From: a virus
Taxonomy: Duplodnaviria; Caudoviricetes
IMG/VR virus record: IMGVR_UViG_3300035666_000134
Location: 1-27,461 of that record
Reading direction: 5' to 3' (one strand)
Length of the DNA: 27,461 bases
In this document: one piece after another, positions 7,962 through 18,174 of the stretch
Layout: each line of letters opens with the position of its first letter
How positions within the stretch are numbered: position 1 is the first letter of the stretch
The notes under the pieces: model-generated
The model's input: the letters and a program-made list of their open reading frames with translations, nothing else
Database searches by the model: none
Told to the model about the DNA's origin: nothing
Translations under genes and position numbers: made by a program

Positions 7962-8231
7962 ATGGCTTGGTCTGATGTTCTTAAAGCAATTATCCCCATA
8001 GTGGTAGCCGCACTTGCTTGGCTGCTTGGTCAAGTGGCTAGTTTTAGCGAACGGCTTACTAAAATTGAAGGGCAAATGCCAGCACTAATTACCCGTGAAG
8101 GTGTGCCGACTGACTCTCCCATAAGTGCCGAGAAGCGTGCTTTGCAGAAAGAGCAACTCATGCAACACATCAACGAACTTCAGGTCAAAGTCAGGCTGCT
8201 TGAGGAACGTGAAAAGATGGGGAGGAAGTAA
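7962..8231 (+). CDS. Single-pass membrane protein with coiled coil (lysis-cassette associated)
   Basis: GGAGG SD, N-terminal hydrophobic helix AIIPIVVAALAWLLG, C-terminal heptads, TAATG coupling to the holin. Confidence 0.7.
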   Translation: MAWSDVLKAIIPIVVAALAWLLGQVASFSERLTKIEGQMPALITREGVPTDSPISAEKRALQKEQLMQHINELQVKVRLLEEREKMGRK

Positions 8232-8716
8232 TGTTTGAGCTGCTAGGTGGTGGTTTGCTCGGCTCTATCTTCGGTGGCATCTTTCGGCTTGCGCCTGAAG
8301 TCCTCAAGTTTTTGGACAAAAAGAACGAGCGTCAGCACGAGTTAAGTATGTTCCAGCTCCAGACCGATCTGGAGAAGATGCGGGGTGAGTTCAAGATGGA
8401 GGAGAAGTATGTTGACTACTCTATCCAGCAGATGGACACCATTAAGGAAGCATTTAAGGAACAGGCCCAGACCGCAAAAGAGGCTGGCTGGTTCGCTAGC
8501 TTTATCACTGCTGTTACCCGCCCCGGTCTTACTTGGATTGCATTTGGCGTATACGTGGCTGTCAAAGCTGCTGGGCTAACGATTGCTTTTCAGACCAACG
8601 CTAACTGGGCTGAAGTCCTAACCAAAAGCTATGACGAGGACGACTTCGCCATGCTGAACATGATGTTAACGTTCTGGTTTGTAGGACGGTCTATTGAGAA
8701 GTACAACAAATCGTGA
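8231..8716 (+). CDS. Holin (3-TM, GTA-holin-like)
   Basis: N-terminal amphipathic/TM segment, W...RP.LT motif followed by a TM helix, C-terminal FWFVGRSIEK, and position immediately before the lysozyme. Confidence 0.7.
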   Translation: MFELLGGGLLGSIFGGIFRLAPEVLKFLDKKNERQHELSMFQLQTDLEKMRGEFKMEEKYVDYSIQQMDTIKEAFKEQAQTAKEAGWFASFITAVTRPGLTWIAFGVYVAVKAAGLTIAFQTNANWAEVLTKSYDEDDFAMLNMMLTFWFVGRSIEKYNKS

Positions 8717-9180
8717 AAGAGGCAAAGAAGCTTTGCAAGGATGTACTGATCAAGCCCTTTGAAGGGCTAGCAAAGCGTTTGCCTGACGGGCGAGTAACGG
8801 CTTATCCTGACCCCGGAACCCGTGGGCATCCTTGGACAATCGGTTGGGGAGCCACTGGCCCTGAGATTAATCCCGGCACAATCTGGACGATTGAGCAGTG
8901 TGAGGATGCACTGGATCACCACGTTGAATACTTTCTCAGGGGGCTTTTTAAGATGTCCCCCAAACTTCAGACTGCGTTGCCAAGACGCATTGCCGCCGTG
9001 ACAAGCTGGGCTTACAATTGCGGATTAGGGAACTATCGGGTTTCCACGTTCAAAAAGCGGATAGATGCGGGGGATTGGGATGGTGCAGCCGATCAATGCC
9101 TTCTCTGGAATAAAGCTGCGGGTCGGGTTCTCCCTGGTCTTACGCGCCGCAGGGCGGCAGAAGCTGCATTGATGAGGTGA
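8713..9180 (+). CDS. Endolysin, GH24 phage lysozyme
   Basis: FEG...AYPDP...WTIGWG catalytic E/D/T pattern, AYNCGLG, and WNKAAGRVLPGLTRRRAAE. Confidence 0.93.
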   Translation: MKEAKKLCKDVLIKPFEGLAKRLPDGRVTAYPDPGTRGHPWTIGWGATGPEINPGTIWTIEQCEDALDHHVEYFLRGLFKMSPKLQTALPRRIAAVTSWAYNCGLGNYRVSTFKKRIDAGDWDGAADQCLLWNKAAGRVLPGLTRRRAAEAALMR

Positions 9181-9183
9181 CAG

Positions 9184-11100
9184 ATGCCATTCCTCAAACT
9201 CAATTTTCGTCCAGGGGTCAATAGGGACCAGACCAGCTATTCTGGCGAAGGTGGTTGGTATGAGTGCGACAAAGTACGGTTCTTCTCAGGCTATCCACAA
9301 AAACTAGGTGGGTGGGAGAAGGTAACACCTTATTTTTTCTTCGGGGTGTGCCGACAGCTATTTAACTGGATCACTTCATATAGTGACAACTTACTGGCGC
9401 TTGGTACAAACAACCACGTTTATATCGAGACTGGTGGGCAGTTCTATAACATCACCCCACTGCGGGACACAGCAACATTAACAAATCCGTTCACAGCAAC
9501 TAACGGTTCTTCAACAATTACCGTAGCGGATACAGCACATGGTGCTGAGACTGGAGATTTTGTTACTTTCAGTGGGGCCACAGGACTAGGTGGCAACATC
9601 ACTGCTGATGTACTTAATCAAGACTATGAGATTACAAAGGTCGATGCTAACTCCTACACGATTCAAGCACGGTCCCCTACTAATCTCAACTCCGTCACAC
9701 TAGTAACCGCAAACGCGACGGATGCTTCTGGCTCCCCTGGGGGTGGTACGGTCACTGCCAAATATGGCGTAGCTTCTGGGTATTCATCAACCGCGTTTGG
9801 TTATGGTTGGGGTACAGGTCCGTGGAGTACGAGTCCTTGGGGGTTAGGTACGTCCGCTCCGATTGCGCTGCTTCAACGTGATTGGTGGTTTGATAATTTT
9901 GACAATGACCTTGTGATGAATATTCGCAAGGGTGAGATTTACTACTGGGAGCGAGGCTCACTTACTAGCCCGTCTACGGCACTCAATACACGGGCGGTAT
10001 TACTCTCCTCGCTCACAGGTGCTAGTGACGTGCCAAATGCGGCTATGCAGATACTTGTCTCTCAAAACGATAAACATCTCTTAGCTTTTGGGTGTCAGCC
10101 TTATGGCGGCACTTCGACTGATTACGATCCCTTGCTTATTCGTTGGGCAAACCAAGACGAGCCGCAAAACTGGACACCATCAAGCGCAACCTCTGCTGGA
10201 TTTATACGAGTATCGCGTGGGTCTGAGATTGTCCGTGCGTTTGCAACACGTCAAGAGATCTTAGTCTGGACAAACTCTAGTTTGTATTCGATGCAGTACC
10301 TTGGTACAACTGATGTGTTCGGTCTCCAAGAACTTGCCGATAACATTTCGATCATCGGGCCGCGTGCAGTAACCACGGCTAATAATGTCACCTACTGGAT
10401 GGGGCAGGATAAGTTTTACGTCTATTCCGGTCAGGTGCAGACACTACCTTGCACACTGAGGCAATATGTTTTCCAAGATATCAACATTAATCAAGCGGAT
10501 CAGATTGTTTGTGGGACGAACGAAGGGTTCACCGAAATCTGGTGGTTCTATCCGAGTTCAGCCTCCAACTGGAACGACAGGTACGTCATCTTCAACCACT
10601 TAGAAAACGCATGGTATTACGGCAGTATTGTTCGTACGGCGTGGCTTGATACTGCTTTACGAGGAAATCCCTTAGCTTGTAGCACAGGGGAGAATGATGC
10701 CGTAGGGTACGAGTACGAGCATGAGTTAGGCGTTAATGACGACAACGCTCCTATGGCGTCTTTCATCCAGTCTTCTGATTTTGACTTGGGTGACGGTGAA
10801 CAGTTCATGCTTACCCGCCGTTTGTTACCAGACTTTAATTTCACCGAATCGACAGCCACCTCACCCACCGTGACGATGACTATGCGTCCTAAGAGGTTCT
10901 CAGGAAGTGCTTACGTCAATACTGCATCCGATACTCAAAGTGTTATTTCTAGCAGTGCAACGATTGACCAATACACAGAGCAGGTGTTTATTCGTGCGCG
11001 TGGTAGACAGATGGCGCTTAAAGTTGAGTCCACAGGTGAGGGGGTGCAATGGCAGTTAGGTTCGCTTCGACTTGATGTAAGACCGGACGGTAAGAGGTAA
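9184..11100 (+). CDS. Tail nozzle/DNA stabilisation protein (P22 gp10/T7 tubular B-like beta-propeller)
   Basis: 638 aa, beta-rich with propeller-like repeats (LLIRWANQDEP.NW, YWMGQDKFYVYSG, EIWWFYPS), C-terminal RARGRQ...DGKR, and position before the ejection proteins. Confidence 0.7.
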   Translation: MPFLKLNFRPGVNRDQTSYSGEGGWYECDKVRFFSGYPQKLGGWEKVTPYFFFGVCRQLFNWITSYSDNLLALGTNNHVYIETGGQFYNITPLRDTATLTNPFTATNGSSTITVADTAHGAETGDFVTFSGATGLGGNITADVLNQDYEITKVDANSYTIQARSPTNLNSVTLVTANATDASGSPGGGTVTAKYGVASGYSSTAFGYGWGTGPWSTSPWGLGTSAPIALLQRDWWFDNFDNDLVMNIRKGEIYYWERGSLTSPSTALNTRAVLLSSLTGASDVPNAAMQILVSQNDKHLLAFGCQPYGGTSTDYDPLLIRWANQDEPQNWTPSSATSAGFIRVSRGSEIVRAFATRQEILVWTNSSLYSMQYLGTTDVFGLQELADNISIIGPRAVTTANNVTYWMGQDKFYVYSGQVQTLPCTLRQYVFQDININQADQIVCGTNEGFTEIWWFYPSSASNWNDRYVIFNHLENAWYYGSIVRTAWLDTALRGNPLACSTGENDAVGYEYEHELGVNDDNAPMASFIQSSDFDLGDGEQFMLTRRLLPDFNFTESTATSPTVTMTMRPKRFSGSAYVNTASDTQSVISSSATIDQYTEQVFIRARGRQMALKVESTGEGVQWQLGSLRLDVRPDGKR

Positions 11101-11102
11101 GC

Positions 11103-11870
11103 ATGGCGCTTGTCGGCTTCAAAGCCCCGGCCCTCCCACTGCCTCCTCCGCAATATGATGTACGGCAGCAAAATGAGCTTAATCGTGCGCTGCGTCTGTA
11201 CTTCAACCGGCTTGATTCTTTTGCGCCAAACCAAGCTGAGTCTTATACGGCTGATGAATTTATTGGTGGATCATTTAGTGGAGGCAGTGTAACCGCAAGC
11301 ACACTTTCGGGGTTTGGATCTGGACTGGTTGTACCCTACGGCGCGTTTCAAGATAGCACTGATCAAATTGCTGCGAATACAACAACTGCTTATCCAGTAA
11401 CGTACAACACAACTGATTATTCAAACGGAGTTTTTGTTGAGAGTAGTTCAAGAATTACTCCTTATATAAGCGGTTTATATAATCTTCAATTTAGTATTCA
11501 ATTTGTTAATACTGATTCGCAAATTCATGACATAGATGTTTGGTTTAGAAAAAATGGTACAAACATAGCGAATTCAAATTCTAGGTACTCCGTGCCAAAC
11601 AGTCATGGTGGTGTAGATGGGCACTTAATTGCCGCGCTTAATTTTTTTACAGAGTTAAACGCCAGAGACTACATAGAAATCATGTGGAAAACTGACGATG
11701 TCGCTGTTAGTATCCAAGCGTTACCTACTTCGTCTAGTCCAAGCAGGCCAGCCATTCCCTCTGTAATTGCAACGCTATCATGGGTTTCTGCTATTCCTAA
11801 CCGATTTGTAATTAACCCAACAAAGTCTCTTACACTAGCTGGCTATGCGCCAACTGTAACTATTGCGTGA
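11103..11870 (+). CDS. Virion protein with N-terminal helix and C1q/TNF-like beta-sandwich
   Basis: PALPLPP.QY....NELNRALRLYF N-terminus, then GLYNLQFSIQF..DVWFRKNG...DYIEIMW beta-strand pattern. Confidence 0.65.
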   Translation: MALVGFKAPALPLPPPQYDVRQQNELNRALRLYFNRLDSFAPNQAESYTADEFIGGSFSGGSVTASTLSGFGSGLVVPYGAFQDSTDQIAANTTTAYPVTYNTTDYSNGVFVESSSRITPYISGLYNLQFSIQFVNTDSQIHDIDVWFRKNGTNIANSNSRYSVPNSHGGVDGHLIAALNFFTELNARDYIEIMWKTDDVAVSIQALPTSSSPSRPAIPSVIATLSWVSAIPNRFVINPTKSLTLAGYAPTVTIA

Positions 11871-11878
11871 GATAAATC

Positions 11879-14800
11879 ATGGCTACGAGAACCATCACTC
11901 TTAACGGACAGACGCTCACTTGGGATACAGGTGCGGGCGTTCGTGATAAAGCCGATGCCTATAATTCTTGGAAAGATGCAGGAGCGTCTGATGCTGCAAT
12001 TAAAACTGCATTAGAAAAAGCTTTTGGTGAAACAATTCCCGATAAAGATTGGACTTATCTTGGTGGGTACGCTGCGACGACTCGCGCTATTAATAACGAC
12101 AACAAGATAACTGCTGATGAATTTGCTGGACTTGAAAACCAAGGGTTTCAGCCTGCTGAGATTGCTAATCTAATTGGTGGTATTACTGGGGAAGTCCCGC
12201 CTCTCGCTGAAATTCAGCAGTTAGACACGGCTGCATCGGCGCTAAGTTCTGGTGCAAATACTGGTGCAAATACTGGTGCAAATACCGGTGCAAATACCGG
12301 TGCAAATACGGGTGCAAATACGGGTGCAAATACGGGTGCAAATACGGGTGCAAATACGGGTGCAAATACTACAACCACCACAAACAAAGGACTTACTACA
12401 CTACTACCGTTTGGGAACCCGGATTACACCTGGAACACTGAAGGAACGTTAGGATCAAAACAAGCACTCGTCCAAAAGATGAAAGACGACGGGTTTACTG
12501 TAGCCCAAATCCGAAACGAAATCAGCAGATTAGAACCGGACAAGTCTGCCTTAACTGAAGCCAACTTTAAGTTACTTGGGTTGGAAGCCGTACTACCTAA
12601 ACCTGCTGATACGGCTACAACAACCGCAGCAGCCGCAGACATACCAGCCTCAAGCAAAATCTATAACATCGGTGGGTTGCAGTGGAACAGTGGTGCGAGC
12701 TTAGATACCAAGAAGGGTTATGTCCAAGACCTGCTAAAGATGTACACGCCGGATCAAATTAAATCCATCATTAGGTACAACGACCCAGCAAATGCCACTG
12801 ATGAAAACTTTGCACTTCTAGGTTTACCTGCGGGTGCTTCTAAAGCTGCGACACCAACTGGGTTTAGCGCACTGTATAAAGCTCCTACTGAACTAGCACC
12901 GTCGCGTGGACTAGGTGCGCTTGTTTCTCAGTATGTTGGTCAGCCTAATTTGCGGACGATGACTCGTTCGATTGGGCCTGAAGGTATGGGCAAGCTGACT
13001 GAGCAGCCTTCAGCAGCTCTTTCCTATGCAACTCGCCCTGGCGGTATTGGAGAGACTCAATACTTTCAAAATATACGTGATTTCTTTGCAGATCCTAAAG
13101 TTACTCCGCAAGATGCCGCTTATCAAATGTCTCGATACAACATCCCTGAGACAGACATACAAGCTGCTATCGGTTTGACACCTACACAGTTCTTTGCTCA
13201 AAAACAATTAGCTGCGGATAGACAAGCTGCTTTGGATGCCGCAAAGCAAACCAAAGTTGAAAAAATTGAAGCTTTACCCCCTCCTTCGCTAACTTATGGT
13301 GGAGCACCTATTTCTTTAGGAACAAATACTGGGGGCGCGGGTAATACTGTTGGTGGGGCAGGTAATACTGTTGGCGGAGCAGGTAATACTGTTGGCGGAG
13401 CAGGTAGTACTGTTCTGGGTGGTGAAGGATCTTCGTTTAGTGGTGGTGCAGGTGGTATAGGTGTTGGTGGCGGCGTTGGCGGCGTTGGTGGTGTAAGTGA
13501 TGTGGATAGTGGTGCTAGCGACAACGACTCCGTAATTAGCACAATCTTAAAATCAATAGTCGGACCTTCCCAAGAACCCGCGCCTATTAGAAGAGCGGGC
13601 GATCCAGACACGCCTCCACCACCTACCGAAGATAATAGAGCAGGGGGGCCGATAGCCCTTGCCGAAGGGGGTGATACAAAAATGGCTGGGGAGCAGAAGT
13701 TCTCGTTTGAGGATTTCGGTCTTAAGCCTGCCACGGTAAAAGATGTAGACCTGCGTACCCCCAGAGATGTGCTCTTTAATCCTGAACTTCGTGGGTTAGA
13801 AGCATTAGTTTCATCTCGTATGACACCTAGAGATTACGAAGATTTGCTAATCCGGCAGGGTCGTACTGGTAGAGAATATTTAAAGTACCTTCCTGATATT
13901 CGTGTTGGTGGTGCGGCAACGGGCGACATTCGTCCGCTTAACTATTACTACGCCGAAGGCGGTGACGTTGGTCGAGGGTTGGGCAGTATTGCCATGAAAG
14001 GCTATGCTCAAGAGATGGCACAGAAAGGTCGGTTTGGCGACACGATGCTAGCTCACATTAGCCCCGAAGAAGCTCAGATGCTACAAGCCGCAGGTGGTGC
14101 GGGTACTATAAACCCACAGACGGGCCTGCCTGAGTTTTTTAGTTGGCGTAAAACGTTAAAAGGGATTGCTAAAGTAGCGCCGTTCATCGTGCCATTTATT
14201 CCTGGAGTAGGTCTTGCTGCTAAAGCACTAATTTCTGGTGTTGCTGGTGGTCTTGGCGGCGAGAAAGGCTTTGACTTTAAACGCGGTCTGATGTCAGGCT
14301 TGATGTCTTATGGCATTGGTAGTGCCGCACAAAATCTTGGACTTACAAGCGGAGCCGCACCCACAGGTGCAGAGGCAGCGGCAACATCTACGAGTGGGCT
14401 TACCCCACCAGTACAGGCATTAGGGGATGCTGGGGAAATTGCTAGGACAGTTGTCAATCCAACCGGAACTGCTTCTTTGGATTTTCCTACAAATGTCGGC
14501 GTACCTGCTGGAGACGCTAGCGTAGCTGAACAAGTGCGGGGAATGGCTCCTAGTTCAAATACCTTACAAGGGTATGTAGGCCCAGAAAGTCGTATAGGTG
14601 CAGCACCAACTCCACAATCGTTCACAGACAAACTAACTGCTGGGTTAGAAAAAGCCCAATCAGTGGTAGATCAACCCATAAGCACCATGTATGCGTTGCC
14701 GTTGGCAGTTGGTTCAGCCGGTATGGTGTCTGAAGGTGATAAGTACGCGCAGGCTATGGCAGCACAGGAAGCGGAAGAAGAACGTAAAAGGCGGCGTGGG

Positions 14801-15163
14801 GCAGATTTGTTTGCCGAAACACTTGGACGTATACCATTCCGTGCAGCTTCAGGAGGTATGGCTGGGCTTGGCGCACTTGCTGCGGGGGGTGCCACTGGAC
14901 CTGCTAACGAACCACGCACAATAAATGGCGCAGGGGATGGCATGAGTGATAGTGTGCCTGCTACCATCGAGGGTGTTCAAGAGGCGCGTCTTGCCGATGG
15001 TGAGTTTGTGATTCCTGCCGATGTTGTTGCAGATCTAGGTAACGGCTCCAGTAATGCTGGGTCTAAGAAACTTTACGCCATGATGGATCGAGTTAGAAAA
15101 GCACGACATGGCACAACAAGACAACCGCCCGAAGTAGATACGGGTCGTTTGATGCCTGCTTAA
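11879..15163 (+). CDS. Internal virion/ejection protein (modular, low-complexity linkers)
   Basis: 1094 aa following the nozzle genes. Contains [23 protein letters not shown] and [23 protein letters not shown] modules, Gly-rich hydrophobic helices and tandem repeats. Confidence 0.7.
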   Translation: MATRTITLNGQTLTWDTGAGVRDKADAYNSWKDAGASDAAIKTALEKAFGETIPDKDWTYLGGYAATTRAINNDNKITADEFAGLENQGFQPAEIANLIGGITGEVPPLAEIQQLDTAASALSSGANTGANTGANTGANTGANTGANTGANTGANTGANTGANTTTTTNKGLTTLLPFGNPDYTWNTEGTLGSKQALVQKMKDDGFTVAQIRNEISRLEPDKSALTEANFKLLGLEAVLPKPADTATTTAAAADIPASSKIYNIGGLQWNSGASLDTKKGYVQDLLKMYTPDQIKSIIRYNDPANATDENFALLGLPAGASKAATPTGFSALYKAPTELAPSRGLGALVSQYVGQPNLRTMTRSIGPEGMGKLTEQPSAALSYATRPGGIGETQYFQNIRDFFADPKVTPQDAAYQMSRYNIPETDIQAAIGLTPTQFFAQKQLAADRQAALDAAKQTKVEKIEALPPPSLTYGGAPISLGTNTGGAGNTVGGAGNTVGGAGNTVGGAGSTVLGGEGSSFSGGAGGIGVGGGVGGVGGVSDVDSGASDNDSVISTILKSIVGPSQEPAPIRRAGDPDTPPPPTEDNRAGGPIALAEGGDTKMAGEQKFSFEDFGLKPATVKDVDLRTPRDVLFNPELRGLEALVSSRMTPRDYEDLLIRQGRTGREYLKYLPDIRVGGAATGDIRPLNYYYAEGGDVGRGLGSIAMKGYAQEMAQKGRFGDTMLAHISPEEAQMLQAAGGAGTINPQTGLPEFFSWRKTLKGIAKVAPFIVPFIPGVGLAAKALISGVAGGLGGEKGFDFKRGLMSGLMSYGIGSAAQNLGLTSGAAPTGAEAAATSTSGLTPPVQALGDAGEIARTVVNPTGTASLDFPTNVGVPAGDASVAEQVRGMAPSSNTLQGYVGPESRIGAAPTPQSFTDKLTAGLEKAQSVVDQPISTMYALPLAVGSAGMVSEGDKYAQAMAAQEAEEERKRRRGADLFAETLGRIPFRAASGGMAGLGALAAGGATGPANEPRTINGAGDGMSDSVPATIEGVQEARLADGEFVIPADVVADLGNGSSNAGSKKLYAMMDRVRKARHGTTRQPPEVDTGRLMPA
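12251..12370 (+). repeat. 12-bp tandem repeat x10 (GGTGCAAATAC-N, encoding GANT)
   Basis: Ten contiguous units; the last base runs T,T,C,C,G,G,G,G,G,T. Confidence 0.97.
13331..13414 (+). repeat. 21-bp tandem repeat x4 (GGAG(N/S)TV)
   Basis: ggNggNgcNggtaRtactgtt repeated four times in frame. Confidence 0.92.
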
Positions 15164-15173
15164 GGAAATAGCT

Positions 15174-16325
15174 ATGAGCACTACGCAAACAATTACCACC
15201 GCAGCCGAGATACCAAAAGTCCTAGAACAGTTTTATTTAGGAACCGGCAAACAAGGCGAAACAGGATATCAGCCAGGACTCATTGGTCGTGGTATATCTG
15301 AAATATTTCCAAGCGGACTTACCGGTGCCGATGCGTATAGAGAGCAGTTTAAAACACTAGAACAAGCCGGATTGTTGGGTAGAGGCAGTGTTGCTGGTCT
15401 TTCGCCTTTTCAAGAAGCAGTAGGTACGCAGCTTGGTACGATGAGCGCAACTCCAAGCCAGTACGCACTTGGTACGCAGGCTGGACAATCAGCGGCATCA
15501 GGACTGCAAGCACTACAAAATTACCAAAGCATGGGTGTAGCTGGGCCACAGCTAACTACCTTTCAAATGGACCCTGCTCGGCAATTCAGCGCCGCAGAAG
15601 CCCAAAGTTATATGTCGCCGTATATGCAGTCGGTTGTGGATCGTCAACAGGCGGCGGCACTTAAATCAGCTAGAGAAGCACAGTTAGGACAGAATCTTGC
15701 TGCGGCGCGTCAAGGCACTTATGGCGGTGCTAGACAGACTCTTCTCCAAGGAGCAAGGGAAGCCGGACTCCAGTCAACATTGGCCGATATTCAGGCTAAG
15801 GGTCTACAGTCTGCGTTTGAAAATGCACAGGCACAGTTTGAGCGTGATCGCGCAGCGCAGATGGGTGTTGGTAGTCAGAACCTGCAAGCAGCACTTGGGG
15901 TACAACAACTTGGTGCAGGCCAAAACCTACAAGCCCAACTAGCTAATCAAGCAGCACAGCAACAAGCAGCACAAACTCAACTTGCTGCGGCACAAGGGCT
16001 TACTGGACTTGCTGGTCAATTTGGTCAGCTTGGTACGCAACAACGTGCGGCAGAACTTGATACGCTTAAGACGCAAGGTGCGTTTGGTGACTTACAACGT
16101 GCCATTGAGCAACAGAAGATGGACGCTCAGCGTCAACAACTTACGGATCAAGCTCAATACGGTTTGACTCAAGTGGGGCAACTCTCTAACTTGCTGCGTG
16201 GTATCCCGATGCAGGGTTCAACACAAACAGCAACAACGCCCCCACCGAGCTTTGCTAGTCAGTTGACTGGCTTAGGCTTGACAGGAATTGGGCTGTATAA
16301 CATGCTTGGCGGGGGTCCAAAATGA
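15174..16325 (+). CDS. Internal virion/DNA-pilot (ejection) protein
   Basis: AAGGA SD, Gln/Ala/Gly-rich helical protein with YMSPYMQSV..GTYGGARQ motif and a C-terminal Gly-rich hydrophobic segment. Confidence 0.7.
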   Translation: MSTTQTITTAAEIPKVLEQFYLGTGKQGETGYQPGLIGRGISEIFPSGLTGADAYREQFKTLEQAGLLGRGSVAGLSPFQEAVGTQLGTMSATPSQYALGTQAGQSAASGLQALQNYQSMGVAGPQLTTFQMDPARQFSAAEAQSYMSPYMQSVVDRQQAAALKSAREAQLGQNLAAARQGTYGGARQTLLQGAREAGLQSTLADIQAKGLQSAFENAQAQFERDRAAQMGVGSQNLQAALGVQQLGAGQNLQAQLANQAAQQQAAQTQLAAAQGLTGLAGQFGQLGTQQRAAELDTLKTQGAFGDLQRAIEQQKMDAQRQQLTDQAQYGLTQVGQLSNLLRGIPMQGSTQTATTPPPSFASQLTGLGLTGIGLYNMLGGGPK

Positions 16326-18166
16326 GCCTTCGGACATTAGAAAAAGCGATTAATAGGACCGCAGATCGTACGGTTGGTGACATTGTTGCCACTTATGGAT
16401 CTAACGTGCAACGTCTGAAGATGGACGCTGCTGCGGGAAAGATTGACCCCACGACGGCACTTATGGCGATGATGACGATCCAACGGATTGTCGCTGCAAA
16501 CACTCAACCACCGTCCGGCACAACCGTGGCACAAGATACTGGGATGGCACCTCCCCCACAACCGATGATGCCCCCACCTGCTGCACCGCAACAAGCTCCA
16601 GTCGGTATGGCCTACGGCGGTCAAGTTGCTATTAGTAATAACCAAGTACCATCACCTGCGATGGAGCGTGGCATCTCCGGCCTACCTGTGCCTGACAACA
16701 TGTTTGACTATGCTGATGGCGGCATGATTGCATTTGCTGGTGGTGGGGATGTACAGCGGTTTGCTCTGGGTGGTCAGATGGAGTTATTTCCTGAACTAGA
16801 TCGGTTCGGGCAACCTAAACCAAGACTAAGTGGTGCTCCAAGACCTACTGGCACGACATTCGCTCAAGCATTTCCAAGCGCAGCGGCAACACCTGCTGCT
16901 GCGACACCATCAATGTTTTCTCGTGGATTAAGCTTTTTGAGTCGTTCGTTTCCAGGCGCAGCAGCAATAGGAACTGCCTTGTTCGGCTCGGATGACCTAA
17001 ATGCTAATGAAGCAGAGACATTAGCAGTACTTAAACGTCTATACGCTTTGGGTTATACGCAAGAACAAATTAACGCAATGAAGCCTGAAGAGGCTAAGCG
17101 TGTCGCTATTGCAAATAAACCGCCTCAAGAAACATTCCCGCAAGCTGCGGCGCAACAAGCTGAGGCAGAAGCGCAAGCTGCGGCTAATAAACCGCCACCC
17201 CCGAAAGTTCCTGCTGCTGCACCCGCAGCACCGGCTGCTGCCCCTGCAAAACCTGTTGAGCTTGGACCTGTACCCATGTTGTCTGCTGCACGCTCTGCCG
17301 CAGAAGGTACGTTACAAGCAGAAGGGGGTAAAGATATTCCGGTGGTTCCTGGGCTTTCGCAAATCAGAAGTGAACGAGTCAAACAGCTTACTGATGAAGG
17401 TTATGACTTCAATCTTCTCAAAGATATGGTTGCTGAGAACCGCAAAGATATTGAAGCGGTTCCGCAAAAACGAAAAGAAGCTGCCAATATGCGGGTTCTC
17501 GAAGCAGGATTAGCCATTCTAGGCGGCGCGTCACCACATGCGTTTGTCAATATTGGCAAGGGTGCTGAAGGTGCCGTAAAAGGTTACGCTCAGGATATTA
17601 AAGAGCTTGACAAGCTTGAACGTGATTACAAGTTGCAGGAACGTCAGATTCGTACGCTTCAAAACAAAGAAGCCGCAGAGTTTACGAAGGCAGACCAAGT
17701 ACGTTTGGATAAAGCTATTGAGCGGCGTGACAACGCTCTGGATAAATACAACTTACGTGTTGATAGACTTGCCGGGATTATGTACGAAGGCGAAATGGGT
17801 CTATACAAGCAGAAGGCACAAGATGCTGCGGCTATGGAGCGTACTCAGGCGCAGGTTAGAGGACAGTTAGAATCGGCAAGGATAGGGGCTAGTAGACCTT
17901 CACAACTTTCAGAGTTGCGAGATTTGTTCCGTAGCAGTAATCCTGAAGATAGACGATTAGCTGAGTCGTTTATTGGTCAGAACAAGATGGGCAAACTCAC
18001 ATATGAGGAAGCTATGAAGATAGTAACAAGCAACCCAAGAAATCTGAGTAAAAGTCCCGCTGAATTATCAAGGTTAGCTAGAGAAGAAATGCAGCGAGCA
18101 GAAGGCGGAACTGCTGCCCCAGCTCCGGTCAACTACTATGAAAAATACGGATTAGCTGCTAAATAG
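16322..18166 (+). CDS. Internal virion/ejection protein
   Basis: ATGA coupling, Pro/Ala linkers, several A-x-G-G motifs, a hydrophobic AGLAILGG segment and a long coiled-coil C-terminal half. Confidence 0.65.
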   Translation: MSLRTLEKAINRTADRTVGDIVATYGSNVQRLKMDAAAGKIDPTTALMAMMTIQRIVAANTQPPSGTTVAQDTGMAPPPQPMMPPPAAPQQAPVGMAYGGQVAISNNQVPSPAMERGISGLPVPDNMFDYADGGMIAFAGGGDVQRFALGGQMELFPELDRFGQPKPRLSGAPRPTGTTFAQAFPSAAATPAAATPSMFSRGLSFLSRSFPGAAAIGTALFGSDDLNANEAETLAVLKRLYALGYTQEQINAMKPEEAKRVAIANKPPQETFPQAAAQQAEAEAQAAANKPPPPKVPAAAPAAPAAAPAKPVELGPVPMLSAARSAAEGTLQAEGGKDIPVVPGLSQIRSERVKQLTDEGYDFNLLKDMVAENRKDIEAVPQKRKEAANMRVLEAGLAILGGASPHAFVNIGKGAEGAVKGYAQDIKELDKLERDYKLQERQIRTLQNKEAAEFTKADQVRLDKAIERRDNALDKYNLRVDRLAGIMYEGEMGLYKQKAQDAAAMERTQAQVRGQLESARIGASRPSQLSELRDLFRSSNPEDRRLAESFIGQNKMGKLTYEEAMKIVTSNPRNLSKSPAELSRLAREEMQRAEGGTAAPAPVNYYEKYGLAAK

Positions 18167-18174
18167 GGGGCATC

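Noticed and set aside
8385-8579. Nested o-spanin candidate in the holin gene
   Set aside because: No signal peptide or lipobox cysteine.
12251-12370. Possible CRISPR array
   Set aside because: The 12-bp units are contiguous with no spacers, lie in frame within a CDS, and no cas genes are present.
17100-17513. 137-aa +1-frame ORF within the 614-aa gene
   Set aside because: Low-complexity Leu/Arg/Gln shadow of Ala/Pro codons with only a weak SD, unlike the nested ORF at 20024.
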